Shown here: piece by piece, positions 36,927 to 46,899 of the stretch | Layout of the letters: every line of letters starts with the position of its first letter | How positions within the stretch are numbered: position 1 is the first letter of the stretch | Assembly (NCBI RefSeq): GCF_006345805.1 | Contig: NW_021831822.1 | Coordinates: forward strand, 7,108 to 71,107 | Length of the DNA stretch: 64,000 bases | Direction: 5' to 3' | Source: Octopus sinensis | Taxonomy: Eukaryota | Notes under the pieces: model-generated | Told to the model about the DNA's origin: nothing | Databases searched by the model: none | What the model saw: only the letters and a program-made list of their open reading frames with translations | Translations under genes and position numbers: made by a program

Positions 36927-38850
36927 AATATTTCGGATCTTTTCACTTTGACCGGCAGATTTTTAAATTAATTTCTTGTAACTAAACACTTTTAAACTTC
37001 GTATACTGGTAGAAACATAAAACATCTTTTTCTCTTGGCTTTATCGAGAAAATTCTGTAGTTTGTTTAGAAAATTCTGTAGTTCTGTTTATAAAACAACC
37101 TTTTTCTCTTGGCTTTCTTGAGAAAATTCTGTAGTTTGTAAGCTATTTCCACTTTTAAAATCGAGCATGTTGGCAATTTTAACCAATCATTGACCTCCAT
37201 TTAGGTAAACAACATTCCGTGCTGTATGAATATGTCCCTCGTTTAAGAAACAGAATAGGTTTATTTATATTTGTGAAGAAAAAAAGCTACCCTTCCTCCA
37301 CCCGTAACCCTAAACCTAACTCTAACTAACCCTAAACCTAAAATAGATTGAAATGCTATAGATCGATACTAGGGTTATAATTATGGGTGACAATTTCATT
37401 TGACACCGCTAGAAAAAAATCCTATTTTCCGTAGCAGTGTCGTATGAAATTGTCACCCATAATTATAACCCTAGTATCGATCTATTGCATTTCAATCTGT
37501 TTTAGGGTTAGGGTTAGTTAGAGTTAGGGTTAGGGTTAGGGGTGGGGGAAGGGTATTTTTTTTTCTTCGCAAATGTAAATAAATCCAATCTGTTTCTTAA
37601 AGGAGGGACATATTCATACAGCACAGAATGTTGTTTATCCAAATGGAGGTCAACGATTGGTTAAAATTGCTGAAATGCTCGATTTTAAAGTGGAAATATC
37701 TTACAAACTATTGAATTTTCTCAATAAAGCCAAAAAAAAAATGATGTTTTATAAACACATTCTACCAGTATACGAAGTTCAAAAGTGTTAAGTTAACTAG
37801 AAATTGTGTTGAAAACTGCCGTTCAAAAAGAAAAGATCCAACATCTTTTTCTCTTGGCTTTCTTGAGAAAATTCTGTAGTTTATAAGCTATTTCTTGTTT
37901 AATTTCTTGTATTTCAGCAATTTCAACCAGTCAATGACGTCTAATGAGGTGAATCGATGTCTATTTCGAGATCGATACTAGGGTGAACACTAAATGAGGG
38001 AACGGTTTTGTTATCCAGCTCTGTTTACGAGTGACCCCTCAGTTTATGGCCACAAAATGTTTATATTTGCAGCTTATTTACATTACTGAAGAAAAAAAGA
38101 TGCCCTTCCCTCCACCCCTAACCCTAACCCTAACCCTAACCCCACATACACTTTTACTCTTTTACTTTTTTACTTATTTCAGTCATTTGACTGCGGCCAT
38201 GCTGGAGCACCGCCTTTAGTCGAGCAAATCGACCCCGGGACTTATTCTTTGTAAGCCCAGTACTTATTCTATCGGTCTCTTTTGCCGAACCGCTAAGTGA
38301 CGGGGACGTAAGCACACCAGCATCGGTTGTCAAGCAATGCTAGTGGGACAAACACAAACACACACATACATATACATATATATACATATCTACGACAGGC
38401 TTCTTTCAGTTTCCGTCTACCAAATCCACTCACAAGGCATTGGTCGGCCCGGGGCTATAGCAGAAGACATTTGCTCAAGATGCCACGCAGTGGGACTGAA
38501 CCCGGAACCATGTGGCTGGTTAGCAAGCTACTTACCACACAGCCACTCCTGTTTTACGGCAAGTGACGATCTTTAAATGTAAACAAATACACGTACCGCC
38601 AGAAGTTGTTGTTACAAACAACAGCAGTAATTGTATTCACCTCAGTAGACGTCATTGATTGGTTAAAATTGCCGAAATGCAAGAAATTAAGCAAGAAATA
38701 GCTTACAAACTACAGAATTTTCTCAAGAACGCCAAGAGAAAAAGATGTTTTATGTGACACATTCTACCACTATACGAAGTTTAAAAGTGTTGAGTTACAA
38801 AGAAATTATTTTTAAAATCTGCCAGTCAAAGCGAAAAGATCCGAAATATT
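36927..38850. mobile_element. Nested foldback DNA elements with long TIRs (GGATCTTTTC...GAAAAGATCC) and internal (TTAGGG)n tracts; superfamily not assigned
   Basis: Outer ends are AATATTTCGGATC (36927) and GATCCGAAATATT (38850). An inner near-palindrome of about 37090-37839 is centred near 37425. CCCTAA/TTAGGG runs lie at about 37305-37340, 37500-37540 and 38115-38143. Confidence 0.75.
38153..38550 (-). mobile_element. SINE family 1, inserted inside the foldback element
   Basis: Full head and tail as in the other copies. Confidence 0.9.
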
Positions 38851-38924
38851 TCACCACTACAACCTATAATATTAAATTACCAGTAACTAATATAAACTTA
38901 AATTTCACTAAATAGGAACTAATA

Positions 38925-39045
38925 AAAGTACTGCAGGTCTTCCATAAATAATCTTGCCTGCACTTGTGCCTTGGAGGGGGAACTTTCTAGGGGCAATGCC
39001 ATGGTCATTCATGACAGAAGGGATCTTCACCCTTTTTACCCTTTT
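38925..39045 (+). mobile_element. 3' tail fragment of the CORE-type SINE seen at 62962-63287
   Basis: AACTTTCTAGGGGCAATGCCATGGTCATTCATGAC followed by ACCCTTTT repeats. Confidence 0.6.
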
Positions 39046-39651
39046 ACAAGCACACACACATACATACACCCACCTATATACACAAATACACATACATACA
39101 CATATACATCATATTTGTTGGTTGGGGAAATAAACGGGTTCGAGTTATCCCTAATGGATGATTGATGACTTTTGAGGCGACTTTATTTAAAGTGAAGAAG
39201 AGATGTACACCATCAACTCCATCTTCTCCCCTATAACCTCTCACCTGTAACGATCTTCAATTGAGTGGCAAGATCAGGTGAAGAAGACCAGGGATGGAGA
39301 CGGATGCAGTTGAAGACCAAGATCTCTTAGTTGCCTCATCTGGCTTTCTGCACTCCACAAAGATGTGTCAAGGAAGGATAGCACTTTTGACAGGAGACAA
39401 GGTCACATTTTGACGGGTGGTTTGTCTCCTTTGGTCTCTGATTGGAGGAACCCAACTGTCACCACTTTAAGAACTGGTAGCTTTTTGTATGCAACGTTAG
39501 CCTCACCCCAGTAAACTGTTCCAACTGTTAGTGAGTTAGTGTTTGCCTACCTAAACGTGTGAATATTGGATCTGACAAACTCTGCAGAAGAAACTATAAC
39601 AGTTCAACACTGGACACAGCATACTAATCTAACTTAGTGTCATCATCACCG

Positions 39652-39682
<31 letters not shown>

Positions 39683-40295
39683 TATCATCATCATCGTTTA
39701 ACGTCCGTTTTCCATGCTAGCATGGGATGGACGGTTCGACCGGGGATCTGGGAAGCCAGAAGGCTGCACCAGGCTCCAGTCTGATCTGGCAGAGTTTCTA
39801 CAGCTGGATGCCCTTCCTAACGCCAACCACTCCGAGAGTGTAGTGGGTGTTTTTTATGTGCCACCAGCACAGGTGCCAGGCAAGGCAGGCAATGGCCACG
39901 ATCGGTTGGTGCTTTTTACTTGCCACCGGCACGGAAGCCAGTCGAGGTGGCGCTGGCATCGGCCACGTTCGGATGATGCTTTTTACGTACCGCCGGCACA
40001 GGGATCACAAATACAGTTTCCATTTGATTTTTTTTTTATGTTGATGTTGATGTACTTGGCTCAATCGGTCTCCTCAAGCACATTTCTTTCAAACTTTGCT
40101 TTCGTCAAACATATCTCCACTTGGACTCCTAGAAGTAAACCAAACCTGTATTTATTCTGCCGTATATGTTGCCAGAGTGTTCTTGAAATTCTTGAAACTT
40201 TTAGAAACTTTTCGAAAGTTCTTGAAACTTCTAGAGAGTTTTAAAAATTTCTGCTTCAGCAACTCAGTGATCTATTTCAAAATAGGTTAGTTTGG

Positions 40296-42238
40296 AAACA
40301 TTGGTGTCCAGGCCAAAAAAGCAAAGTGTCAGGGAAGAGAAGTCATTTCCTTTGATTTCTAGATAGACATGAACAGGGAATAACATGGGAAATTCAGAAG
40401 CTCAGGTCTAAATCTGTCTGAAATGTAATGGGAAACAGGTCAGTTTCAAAACATTGATGTCCAGGTCAGAAAAGCAAAGTGTGAAGGGAAGAGAAGTCAT
40501 TTCCTTTGATTTCTAGATAGACATGAACAGGGAATAACATGGGAAATTCAGAGGCTCAGGTCTAAATCTGTCTGAAATGTAATGGGAAACAGGTCAGTTT
40601 CAAAACATTGATGTCCAGGTCAGGAAAGCAAAGTGTGAAGGGAAGAGAAGTCATTTCCTTTGATTTCTAGATAGACATGAACAGGGAATAACATGGGAAA
40701 TTCAGAAGCTCAGGTCTAAATCTGTCTGAAATGTAATGGGAAACAGGTCAGTTTCAAAACATTGATGTCCAGGTCAGAAAAGCAAAGTGTGAAGGGAAGA
40801 GAAGTCATTTCCTTTGATTCTAGATAGACATGAACAGGGAATAACATGGGAATTCAGAAGCTCAGGTCTAAATCTGTCTGAAATGTAATGGGAAACAGGT
40901 CAGTTTCAAAACATTGATGTCCAGGTCAGAAAAGCAAAGTGTGAAGGAAGAGAAGTCATTTCCTTTGATTTCTAGATAGACATGAACAGGGAATAACATG
41001 GGAAATTCAGAGGCTCAGGTCTAAATCTGTCGGAAATGTAATGGGAAACAGGTCAGTTTCAAAACATTGATGTCCAGGTCAGAAAAGCAAAGTGTGAAGG
41101 GAAGAGAAGTCATTTCCTCTTTGATTTCTAGATAGACATGAACAGGGAATAACATGGGAAATTCAGAGGCTCAGGTCTAAATCTGTCTGAAATGTAATGG
41201 GAAACAGGTCAGTTTCAAAACATTGATGTCCAGGTCAGAAAAGCAAAGTGTGAAGGGAAGAGAAGTCATTTCCTTTGATTTCTAGATAGACATGAACAGG
41301 GAATAATAACAGGGAAATTCAGAAGCTCAGGTCTAAATCTGTCTGAAATGTAATGGAAACAGGTCAGTTTCAAAACATTGATGTCCAGGTCAGAAAAGCA
41401 AAGTGTGAAGGGAAGAGAAGTCATTTCCTTTGATTTCTAGATAGACATGAACAGGGAATAACATGGGAAATTCAGAAGCTCAGGTCTAAATCTGTCTGAA
41501 ATGTAATGGGAAACAGGTCAGTTTCAAAACATTGATGTCCAGGTCAGAAAAGCAAAGTGTGAAGGGAAGGAAGAGAAGTCATTTCCTTTGATTTCTAGAT
41601 AGACATGAACAGGGAATAACACGGAAATTCAGAGGCTCAGGTCTAAATCTGTCTGAAATGTAATGGGAACAGGTCAGTTTCAAAACATTGATGTCCAGGT
41701 CAGAAAAGCAAAGTGTGAAGGAAGAGAAGTCATTTCCTTTTATTTCTAGATAGACATGAACAGGGAATAACATGGGAAATTCAGAGGCTCAGGTCTAAAT
41801 CTGTCTGAAATGTAATGGGAAACAGGTCAGTTTCAAAACATTGATGTCCAGGTCAAAAAAGCAAAGTGTGAAGGGAAGAGAAGTCATTTCCTTTGATTTC
41901 TAGATAGACATGAACAGGGAATAACATGGAAATCAGAAGCTCAGGTCTAAATCTGTCTGAAATGTAATGGGAAACAGGTCAGTTTCAAAACATTGATGTC
42001 CAGGTCAGAAAAGCAAAGTGTGAAGGGAAGAGAAGTCATTTCCTTTGATTCTAGATAGAAAGAACAGGGAGGGAATAACATGGGAAATTCAGAGGCTCAG
42101 GTCTAAATCTGTCTGAAAGTAATGGGAAACAGGTCAGTTTCAAAACATTGATGTCCAGGTCCGAAAAGCAAAATTTGAAGGGAATAATGGCGACCATTTC
42201 CTTTGATTTCTAGACAGAAGTAAACAGGGAATAATATT
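40296..42238. repeat. 154-bp satellite, about 12.6 highly similar units
   Basis: GGTCAGTTTCAAAAC recurs at 40438, 40592, 40746 and onward (period 154). The edge units are more diverged. Confidence 0.95.
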
Positions 42239-43029
42239 TCCCAACCCCCAAAAAATTGTTACATAACGTTAATCATTTTATCATAAATCAAAATGTTTTT
42301 GGTTTTAGTTAATGAAAGTTTACAGGGTGATCGTTATATTAATTAACAATATTTTACATATATAGCCAAGATGGTAAGCTGGCAGAACCAACAGCACACT
42401 AGCTAAAATGTTTAACGTTGTTCTGAGTTCAAATTCTGCTGGAGTCAGCTTGTCCTTTTATCCCTTTTGGGAGGAAGGGGTCAAGAAAATAAGTATCCAT
42501 TGCACACTGGGGCCATGTAATTGACATGTTCTCTTTCCCCCTCCACCAAAAATTTCAGGCCTTGTACCTATAGTAGAAAGGACTATCTTACCTGTAATCA
42601 TAATTCAAGATGATCACCTTTTGCTTCCAGCATAGCCTTTGATCTTTTCTCACCTCCCAATTCTTTATACCAGCCATTTTCAATGCTACGCTTTGTTCAC
42701 GCTTCGTTTGAGCTGCCAAATTTAAATTAAGGTTTAGCAATTAAGCAAATGATTTTGAGGAAGCATCGTTTTATATCTGTTTTCCATGCTGGCACGGGTT
42801 GGACAGTTTGACATGGGTTAGTAAGGCCAGGAATTGCGTCCGGATCCACTGTCTGTCCTGGCATAATTTCTACAATCAGCTACCCTTCCAAATGCCTGCT
42901 ACTTTACAGAGCAGACTGGGGGCGTTTTATGGGGTACTATCACTTGTGCTTTTACATGGTACCAGCACCAATGTTTTTTACCTGTGCTTTTTACGAGGCA
43001 CCAGTGCTGGTGGTTTTACATGGCACAAG

Positions 43030-43975
43030 CATGGTACTTTTTATGTGGCACCATCACCAGTGTTTTTTCTGTGGCACCATCACTAGTACTTTTTATGTGG
43101 CACCATCACCAGTTTTTTTTCTGTGGCACCATCACTAGTAAATTTTCTGTGGCACCATCACCAGTTTTTTTTCTGTGGCACCATCACTAGTAAATTTTCT
43201 GTGGCACCATCACCAGTTTTTTTTCTGTGGCACCATCACTAGTACTTTTTATGTGGCACCATCATCAATGTTTTTTTATGTGGCACCACCACCAGTGTTT
43301 TTTATGTGGCACCACCACCAGTGTTTTTTATGTGGCACCCTCTTCAGTGTTTTTCTATGTGGCACCACCACCAGTGTTTTTTATGTGGCACCCTCTTCAG
43401 TGTTTTTCTATGTGGCACCACCACCAGTGTTTTTTATGTGGCACCCTCTTCAGTGTTTTTTCTATGTGGCACCACCAGCAGTGTTTTTTTATGTGGCACC
43501 CTCTTCAGTGTTTTTCTATGTGGCACCACCACCAGTGTTTTTTATGTGGCACCCTCTTCAGTGTTTTTTTATGTGGCACCCTCTTCAGTGTTTTTCTATG
43601 TGGCACCACCACCAGTGTTTTTTATGTGGCACCCTCTTCAGTGTTTTTTTATGTGGCACCCTCTTCAGTGTTTTTTTATGTGGCACCCTCTTCAGTGTTT
43701 TTCTATGTGGCACCACCACCAGTGTTTTTTATGTGGCACCCTCTCAGTGTTTTTCTATGTGGCACACCACCAGTGTTTTTTCTGTGGCACCACCACCAGT
43801 GTTTTTTTATGTGGCACCCTCTTCAGTGTTTTTTTATGTGGCACCCTCTTCAGTGTTTTTCTATGTGAGACCACCACCAGTGTTTTTTATGTGGCACCCT
43901 CTTCAGTGTTTTTTTATGTGGCACCCTCTTCAGTGTTTTTTATGTGGCACCACCACCAGTGTTTTTTACTTGACT
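43030..43975. repeat. Minisatellite of about 26 bp (TTTTTATGTGGCACC-ACCACC/CTCTT-CAGTG) embedded in an RTE 3' UTR
   Basis: Directly visible. Both flanks continue as degenerate RTE 3' UTR. Confidence 0.9.
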
Positions 43976-44146
43976 CTATATCACCAGTGTTTCTTACATG
44001 GCACCAGCCCCAGTATATTTTACGTGGCACCAGCTCCAATGCTTTTATGTAGGAATAACGGCCAAATGTACATGCCACACCAAGCATATACTTAACTGAT
44101 TGTCTCACATTTGACCCTTTGACTATTTTCTGAAATTTCATTACAG

Positions 44147-44281
44147 GAGCCATCCGACTGTCTGCCCCTTACCCAGTGGTTGCTCTTCTCATGATAGTCA
44201 TTGCAGCCATCACCAGCGTCATTGGTAACATAAAAGCGGATGTGAAAACGTTGATAGGGGCAATCATCTATGTTTTCTCAG
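44147..44281 (+). CDS. CACNG5/7-like: CACNG/TARP-like gene, internal exon B (TM2 to TM3), 135 nt, phase 1-1
   Basis: Acceptor TTTCATTACAG| and donor |GTAAAG. Encodes (R)AIRLSAPYPVVALLMIVIAAITSVIGNIKADVKTLIGAIIYVFS(G), resembling the vertebrate CACNG5 segment IRSATPFPLVSL...FILSG as recalled. Confidence 0.88.
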
Positions 44282-44568
44282 GTAAAGTAGTTCTGTCTCT
44301 TTTAATTTTTTATTCTCCTCTCTCTCCTCCCTCCACATCATGCGTCTTCTTCCTTCATTTTGTTCTCTTCTTTTATACTTTATACATGCATACACATATC
44401 TATCTATCTTTCTATCTGTCTGTCTGTCTACCTGCCTGCCTGCCTGTCTGTCTATCAATCGATCTGCCAATCAATCAATCAATCAGTGAGGGATTATCAA
44501 TCAAGGTCAAATTGTTTATAAATTCCGTTAACGCACTGGGCCAACGATATTTTTTAGAAAATTTATAT

Positions 44569-44658
<90 letters not shown>

Positions 44659-44704
44659 AGGATGTATTCCTACATGCAATGTAAACTTTATAACACAGGG
44701 CCTA

Positions 44705-44921
44705 CGAGGGGTGTGCTGAAAAGTTCCTGGATTTTGGTAAAAGAAAACAAGGGGGATCTGTTAATTATGATTTTATTCAACATATTCCTCTCTCAGGTTC
44801 ACACACATATTGCATTGGTCCTTCAGTTTTTCTAAGCCCTGTAGAAGAACTTAGAAGGTTGGGCCTCCAGCTAGGCCCTTCACGATACCCTTAAAGACAA
44901 GAACTTTTCCGCATTCCCTCA
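44705..44921. mobile_element. Tc1/mariner MITE, 217 bp
   Basis: TA|CGAGGGGTGTGCTGAAAAGTTC ... GAACTTTTCCGCATTCCCTCA|TA: mariner-type TIRs with a TA TSD. Confidence 0.8.
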
Positions 44922-44944
44922 TACTAACGGGGTTTTTTTTTTCT

Positions 44945-45330
44945 TTTACTTGTTTCAGTCATTTGACTGCGGCCATGCTGGAGCACCACCTTTTTAGTCG
45001 AGCAAATCGACCCTAGGATTTATTCTTTTGTAAGCCCAGTACTTATTCTATTGGTCTCTTTTTGCCGAACTGCTGAGTGACAGGGACGTAAACACACCAG
45101 CATCGGTTGTCAAGCAATGATAGGGGGACAAACACAGACACACAAACATACACGCACATACACATATATACGACGGGCTTCTTTTAGTTTCCATCTACCA
45201 AATCCACTCACAAGGCATTGGTCGGCCCGGGGCTATAGCAGAAGATACTTTCCCAAGATGCCACGCAGTGGAACTGAACCCGGAACCATGTGGTTGGTTA
45301 GCAAGCTACTTACCACACAGCCACTCCTGC
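44945..45330 (-). mobile_element. SINE family 1
   Basis: Full head and tail. Confidence 0.9.
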
Positions 45331-45618
45331 GCCTTTTGTTAACCATCTCTGCTGGGTCTGGGTTATTTTCAGAAGTGCCTCGCTCCACGTACTCTTAACC
45401 CCAAGTTAATAAATTCGCAACATTCAGGCAGCTACAGGCTATACCAGATATTGGTTATGTATGGCCACATATATCTGTCTTAGGGTCCCTCCACTCATGT
45501 TTTCAGTAGGGGCTTACTCTCTTAGCCCTTTTATAAATACTCAGTGAATTACACAACAAGGCAGTTAACATTATTTACATTTGACAGATATATTTGTCTT
45601 CATCTTGTTTTTCTGTTT

Positions 45619-45662
45619 ACACAACGTTTCGGCTGATACACCCTCCAGCCTTCATCAGGTAT
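45619..45662 (-). ncRNA. Minimal type-I hammerhead ribozyme, intact core (left arm)
   Basis: ATAC-CTGATGA-A-GGCTG(GAGGGTGTAT)CAGCC-GAA-ACGT-T|GTGT. The cleavage triplet is GUU and stem III is the palindrome ACGT. Confidence 0.8.
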
Positions 45663-45877
45663 CTTGGGGAAATTTCGAACCTGGGTTCTCATTCCTAAGG
45701 TATTTTTCAATGTTATTATTATTATTATTCAGGTCACTGCCTGGAATCAAACTCAGAATCTTTGGGTTAGTAGCCCATGCTCTTAACCACTACATCATAT
45801 GCCCATGGGCGTATGGCGTAGTGGTTCAGAGCGCGAGCTACTAACCCCAAGATTCCGAGTTTGATTCCAGGCAGTGA

Positions 45878-45948
<71 letters not shown>

Positions 45949-45996
45949 TAAAAAAATACCTTAGGAATGAGAACCCAGGTTTGACATTTCCCCAAG

Positions 45997-46040
45997 ACAC
46001 CTGATGAAGGCTGGAGGGTGTATCAGCCAAAATGTTGTGT
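45997..46040 (+). ncRNA. Hammerhead motif with two core mutations (right arm)
   Basis: ACAC-CTGATGA-A-GGCTG..CAGCC-AAAATGTT-GTGT. GAAACG has become AAAATG, two CpG-type transitions, so this copy is probably inactive. Confidence 0.7.
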
Positions 46041-46899
46041 TAACAACAAACAAGATGAGGACAAATATCCGTCAAATGTAAATAATTCTTCATCTCTTAA
46101 ATATAGAACTCTAAAGCAGTAGAAGTTTATTTATTTCTTTACTACCCACCCACAAGGGGCTAAACACAGAGGGCATAAACAAGGACAGACAAACGGATTA
46201 AGTCAATTACATTGACCCGAGTGCGTAACTGGTACTTAATTTATCGACCCTGAAAGAATGAAAGGCAAAGTCGACCTCGGCGGAATTTGAACTCAGAATC
46301 TAACGGCAGACGAAATACGGCTACACATTTCGCCTGGCATGCTAACGTTTCTGCCAGCTTGAAGTTTATTATAATGGGTATGGCATGTGCAAAGGTATGA
46401 AGCCCAGTATACCCATCATGACTACCCGTCTGATAAGGGTACACCAGGCACATGCATCACAACCATATGGACACGACTTGGTGATCTCATATCAAGATTA
46501 ACAGTGCATGACCTTGCAGATGGAGCCCAGTTAGAATTTTCTTCAGGTTGAGTAGCCCATCCCAATCAAAAGGTCCCTGAATAAGGTTTGTTATTATCAT
46601 CATCATCTTCATCATCATCTTCATCATCAACATCATCATCATCTTCATCATCATCATCATCATCAACATCATCAACATCATCATCATCACCACCACCACC
46701 ACCACCACCACCACCACTATTATTATTATTATTGTCGCCAGAGCTGGACATTTATTTCGGAGCTCCATGAGTGTATGTGCCTTGTTTACCTCTGAAAAGA
46801 TTGTTATTCTTAGATTTTATTCTTGTAACTTGTGACTAAGTTAATCTAAACCATATTGGTCTGATTAACAGTGTTACCTTTTTCTGCCCTGCAGGGCAA

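Larger units (their letters stand above)
45568..46110. mobile_element. Zero-spacer palindrome of a tRNA-head, (AAT)n, hammerhead element (head-to-head dimer)
   Basis: Centre GCCCA|TGGGC at 45801-45810. Each arm reads TGGGCGTATGGCGTAGTGGTT..GAGTTTGATTCCAGGCAGTGACCTG-(AAT)n-...-hammerhead-...GTCAAATGTAAATAAT. About 24 extra nt lie on the right side only. Confidence 0.85.

Noticed and set aside
39160-39620. Possible decayed coding fragment
   Set aside because: No recognisable motif in any frame I read.
40296-42238. CRISPR-like array
   Set aside because: The whole 154-bp unit is repeated with no unique spacers, there are no cas genes, and the context is eukaryotic.
43175-44095. 306-aa, 213-aa and 248-aa ORFs
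   Set aside because: They are translations of the 26-bp minisatellite.
45806-45881. Functional tRNA gene (anticodon ACT)
   Set aside because: The acceptor and T stems are imperfect, and it is fused to an (AAT)n-hammerhead unit, so it is treated as a SINE-type head.
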